DNA from: Amoebophrya sp. A120 | Taxonomy: Eukaryota; Protista; Dinoflagellata | NCBI GenBank assembly: GCA_905178155.1 | Contig: CAJINV010000017.1 | Location: forward strand, 922,722-986,721 | DNA: 64,000 nt | Direction of reading: 5' to 3' | In this document: positions 61,240 to 64,000 of the stretch, one piece after another | Layout: every line of letters starts with the position of its first letter | How positions within the stretch are numbered: the first letter of the stretch is position 1 | Made by a program: the position numbers and the translations under genes | The notes under the pieces: generated by a model | The model's database searches: none | The model's input: only the letters and a program-made list of their open reading frames with translations | Told to the model about the DNA's origin: nothing

Positions 61240-62500
61240 CCTGTAAATGCCTGCGCCTCTCGCTAATAGTCGCGACAGCATTGGCGGGGATCAGCAGGGA
61301 CGGGCGACCAGCTGCCCGCCGCGTTGCCCCGCGCCGGTTCGCGGGCTTTCGATTGTTCGGCGCTGTTAGTGCCCGGGCGCGTGGGGCGGGGGCCCCTTCT
61401 CTATTTTTTACGAGACTGGACGAGGCCGCGCCGGCGCTGTGGGATGTGAATACTTTGGACAAATGGGGATCGTGCCTGTTGAATTTTCGAAGATAGAAAG
61501 AAGAGTAGCAATCTTCTTCGCCCTTTGCAGCGACGGCCTGGGGCGCCGCACTCTGCCCCCTTATCTATGTGCCAAGGGGTGGCGCTGCGGCCGTGCTGCG
61601 ATTTCGCCGGGCTTTGGGTGCTTTATGCTCCGACCGCCAACGCCGACCCCCGGCACCGCAGGGCAGCGCGCTGGCTTGCTTGCTCGGCCGGCCGGGCGCA
61701 GGGTCCGTCGCGAGGGCGCAGGGCCGGCCGGGCGCAGGGCCCGCGCGTGAGGCGCCCGGCTGCCTGGGCATTGCCCGGCGCCCGCGTTGTCCCTTATGTG
61801 ATGCCTGCGGCCCGGGCCTGGGCCCCGGCCCGCGCTTCGCCGCTGCGCCCGCGCGCGTAGGTATTTTTTTCGCGGCGCCCCGCCCGGACGCGCCGGCCGG
61901 GATTCAATCACCCGGCTCCTGGAGTGGTACCCGTGGCGCTGGCAGCGGGCGCGCCTTCTCTGGCGAAGCGGAGGGAGCCAGCGCGCCGCGCGCGCTTTCC
62001 TCTTGCCACCTATTCGACGACCATCGCCGCCGCCTTTCGATATTCCGCGCGCGCCTTGGGCGCGCTTGTGCTGCCCAGCCCCCTGCGCCGGCCCGCCATT
62101 CCTTTGGCCCGGGCCCGCTCTCCGGCTGGCGCCCGTATCGCGCCCCCGCGGGAGCGGGTGGCGTAGGCGGCGGGCCGCGCCCTCTTCGGCCCCGCCCGCA
62201 AACTGCCGCGGCGGTACCGGCTTCGTTCCGTAATCACTTGGAACTGTTAGCGCCCGGCGTGGGAGAGTGTCTGCGCAGGGTGATGTCCCCTCGAAGTAGC
62301 GGCGGGGGCCGCTTTGGGCGGCGCGGTGCGTGGGTGACAGCCGCCCGCCGCTTGCTTCGCCTGTTTTAGCTTTAGGACCGCCCGGTCGGCGCGCACACAG
62401 AGACACGGTGGCGCTGCCCCCCGGCCCCATTGCCTGGTGGTTCGCGAGCCGGCCCCGCCGCGGCTCCATTGATTCTCCCTCATGTTCTTTGTGGCGTGGT
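61240..62500. other. GC-rich intergenic island, probable decayed repeat
   Basis: Same character as 55860-57700. Confidence 0.5.
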
Positions 62501-63409
62501 GCGCGTTTATTATTTTCCTTGATTCGCCACAGTTGTTGGCACAGCTGTTGAGCATAGTTAGTGTCTGTGTTCTTCTTTATGGAGGTTGGTGCTGCCGCTT
62601 CTGGGTCAGCTTGTAGTATTTACTTACTTTTTGTTCATGATGCATTCTTGACAAGTTGTGCAATTCCAAGTTATTGCGCCGCCCCGGCACGGGCATTCAT
62701 TGCATCTCGTCAAGGCGATACAGCAAGTTTCATTTTTTTCCGCCAATGTTATAGGAAGTAGAATTTTTATGGTGCAAACCAAAGAACAACCAAGCTAGGT
62801 AGCAGGAGCAAAGAAAGGTATAGATATTTGAAAGGAAGTCCAAATCTCGCGGTGGGGCGACCGTCGTTCGCCTCCTAGAACTAGAAGCAGAAGAGTTTCT
62901 TGAGTCCTTTTTCTGAGATCGTTAATCATATGTATCAAAGATCACGAGCTCGAGTCGTTCCTGACTGTGATTTTGATGCTATGCATCGTTTTCATTTGAT
63001 TATATGTATATCAATCTGGCTCAGGGTTCCCCCGAAAGCAAAACCCAGCTAGGCTGTATTAGCATGAAAATACAATATAGAAAGTGCGGCTTATAAAAAA
63101 AGAAATCCGCTTCTGACAGAGACAGGAGTAACTATAACTACAGTAGCTAGTTTTAGTTACAAACACGCTTTTTAGAGGACTTCGATAATTCTGAAACTGG
63201 ACGCAGAAGCTCAAGAAGCTACGGCAGTTTTACAGAATGTACGCGCGCAAGCGAAAAACGGCATTTTATGAATACCACTTACTGTTTCTCCTTCTTACAG
63301 ATTTACAACCCGCGTGAACATTTCCAGTGTAATATTTGGTTCGGAATAAAGGATCATTTAAGAAGTGTAACCCAGCACCACCTCCCTCAACGAACACGCT
63401 TCCCCAACC

Positions 63410-64000
63410 ATGACCACCTCACCCCCCACGAACCCGAACCCGCCCGTCACCGCGGCCCCCAAGTCGCCTGTTGCGGAGGAGAAGCTATGCCGCTACTGTT
63501 TTGACGACGAAACCGCCGGTCCGTTGATTGACCCGTGCAACTGCGCCGGCGGGCAGAAATGGGTCCATCTGGAATGTTTGCGGAGGTGGCAACGCACGGT
63601 GCTGGTCACGCAGCCCACCCACCCAGCGTTCTACGACCGCGACCTGCGGCACCAGACGTGCAACGTGTGCAAAGCGGCGTTTACCTGTCCCCCGCCAACC
63701 CGGCACGAATTGATGCAATCCTTCACCGGCGGAGAGCTAGCAGCGCTCATACAGGAAAAGAGCGTTATCGTGTAAGCGATTATGTTTGTCTTTGTTGCTT
63801 TTAATCAAAAATCATCTGGGCTGCACTCGCCGATCGTGTCTTCCTCTTGTCTGTGGAGTTGAAGTTCGAACTTCACTTGAAGAGCCCTTGCCTCAGCATA
63901 CTCAACGTTTCCGTGCTACTAGCATCTTGTGCGTGTTGCTGTGGAGCCTGCTATCTTTTGATGAAAGCGAATGATAATTCTGATCGCACCTCACCACAGC
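63410..64000 (+). CDS. RING-CH (C4HC3, MARCH-type) E3 ubiquitin ligase, first exon to ~63770; continues beyond window
   Basis: CRYCFD..PLIDPCNCAGGQKWVHLECLRRWQ..TCNVCK. Confidence 0.88.

Noticed and set aside
61561-62469. 302-aa and 266-aa ORFs
   Set aside because: Same GC-rich artefact.
63126-63160. taactataac resembling an rRNA/I-CeuI site
   Set aside because: Only 10 nt match, no rRNA context; part of a weak hairpin.
1-64000. Autonomous transposase, tRNA/rRNA or spliced-leader gene
   Set aside because: None recognised by eye; assignment of the TAT..ATA elements to a named transposon superfamily is therefore not made.

Overview
Eukaryotic (alveolate-like) nuclear DNA with about 14 protein genes, all on the + strand. 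The unidirectional gene block and abundant non-GT-AG introns with inverted and direct repeats resemble the parasitic dinoflagellate Amoebophrya; this assignment is inferred, not verified. Genes: a tandem cytochrome b5 / bacterial-type diheme SdhC(b558) fusion, cytosolic malate dehydrogenase, a METTL21-like methyltransferase, a CCDC151-like outer dynein arm docking protein, a ~3,700-aa chromodomain/repeat/zinc-knuckle/KH protein, a polypeptide GalNAc-transferase, a RING-CH E3 ligase and several orphans. The dominant hidden structure is 29 MITE-like inserts (107-369 bp) interrupting coding sequence. All start TAT (one TAC) and end ATA, nearly all carry recognisable terminal inverted repeats of several families, and most are flanked by 5-bp direct repeats. 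Removing the element plus exactly 5 nt restores the reading frame in every case traced. They occur in both orientations, share an internal TGT(C/A/G)ATGC motif, and mostly cannot be spliced as GT-AG. Coordinates were counted by hand and may be off by a few bases.
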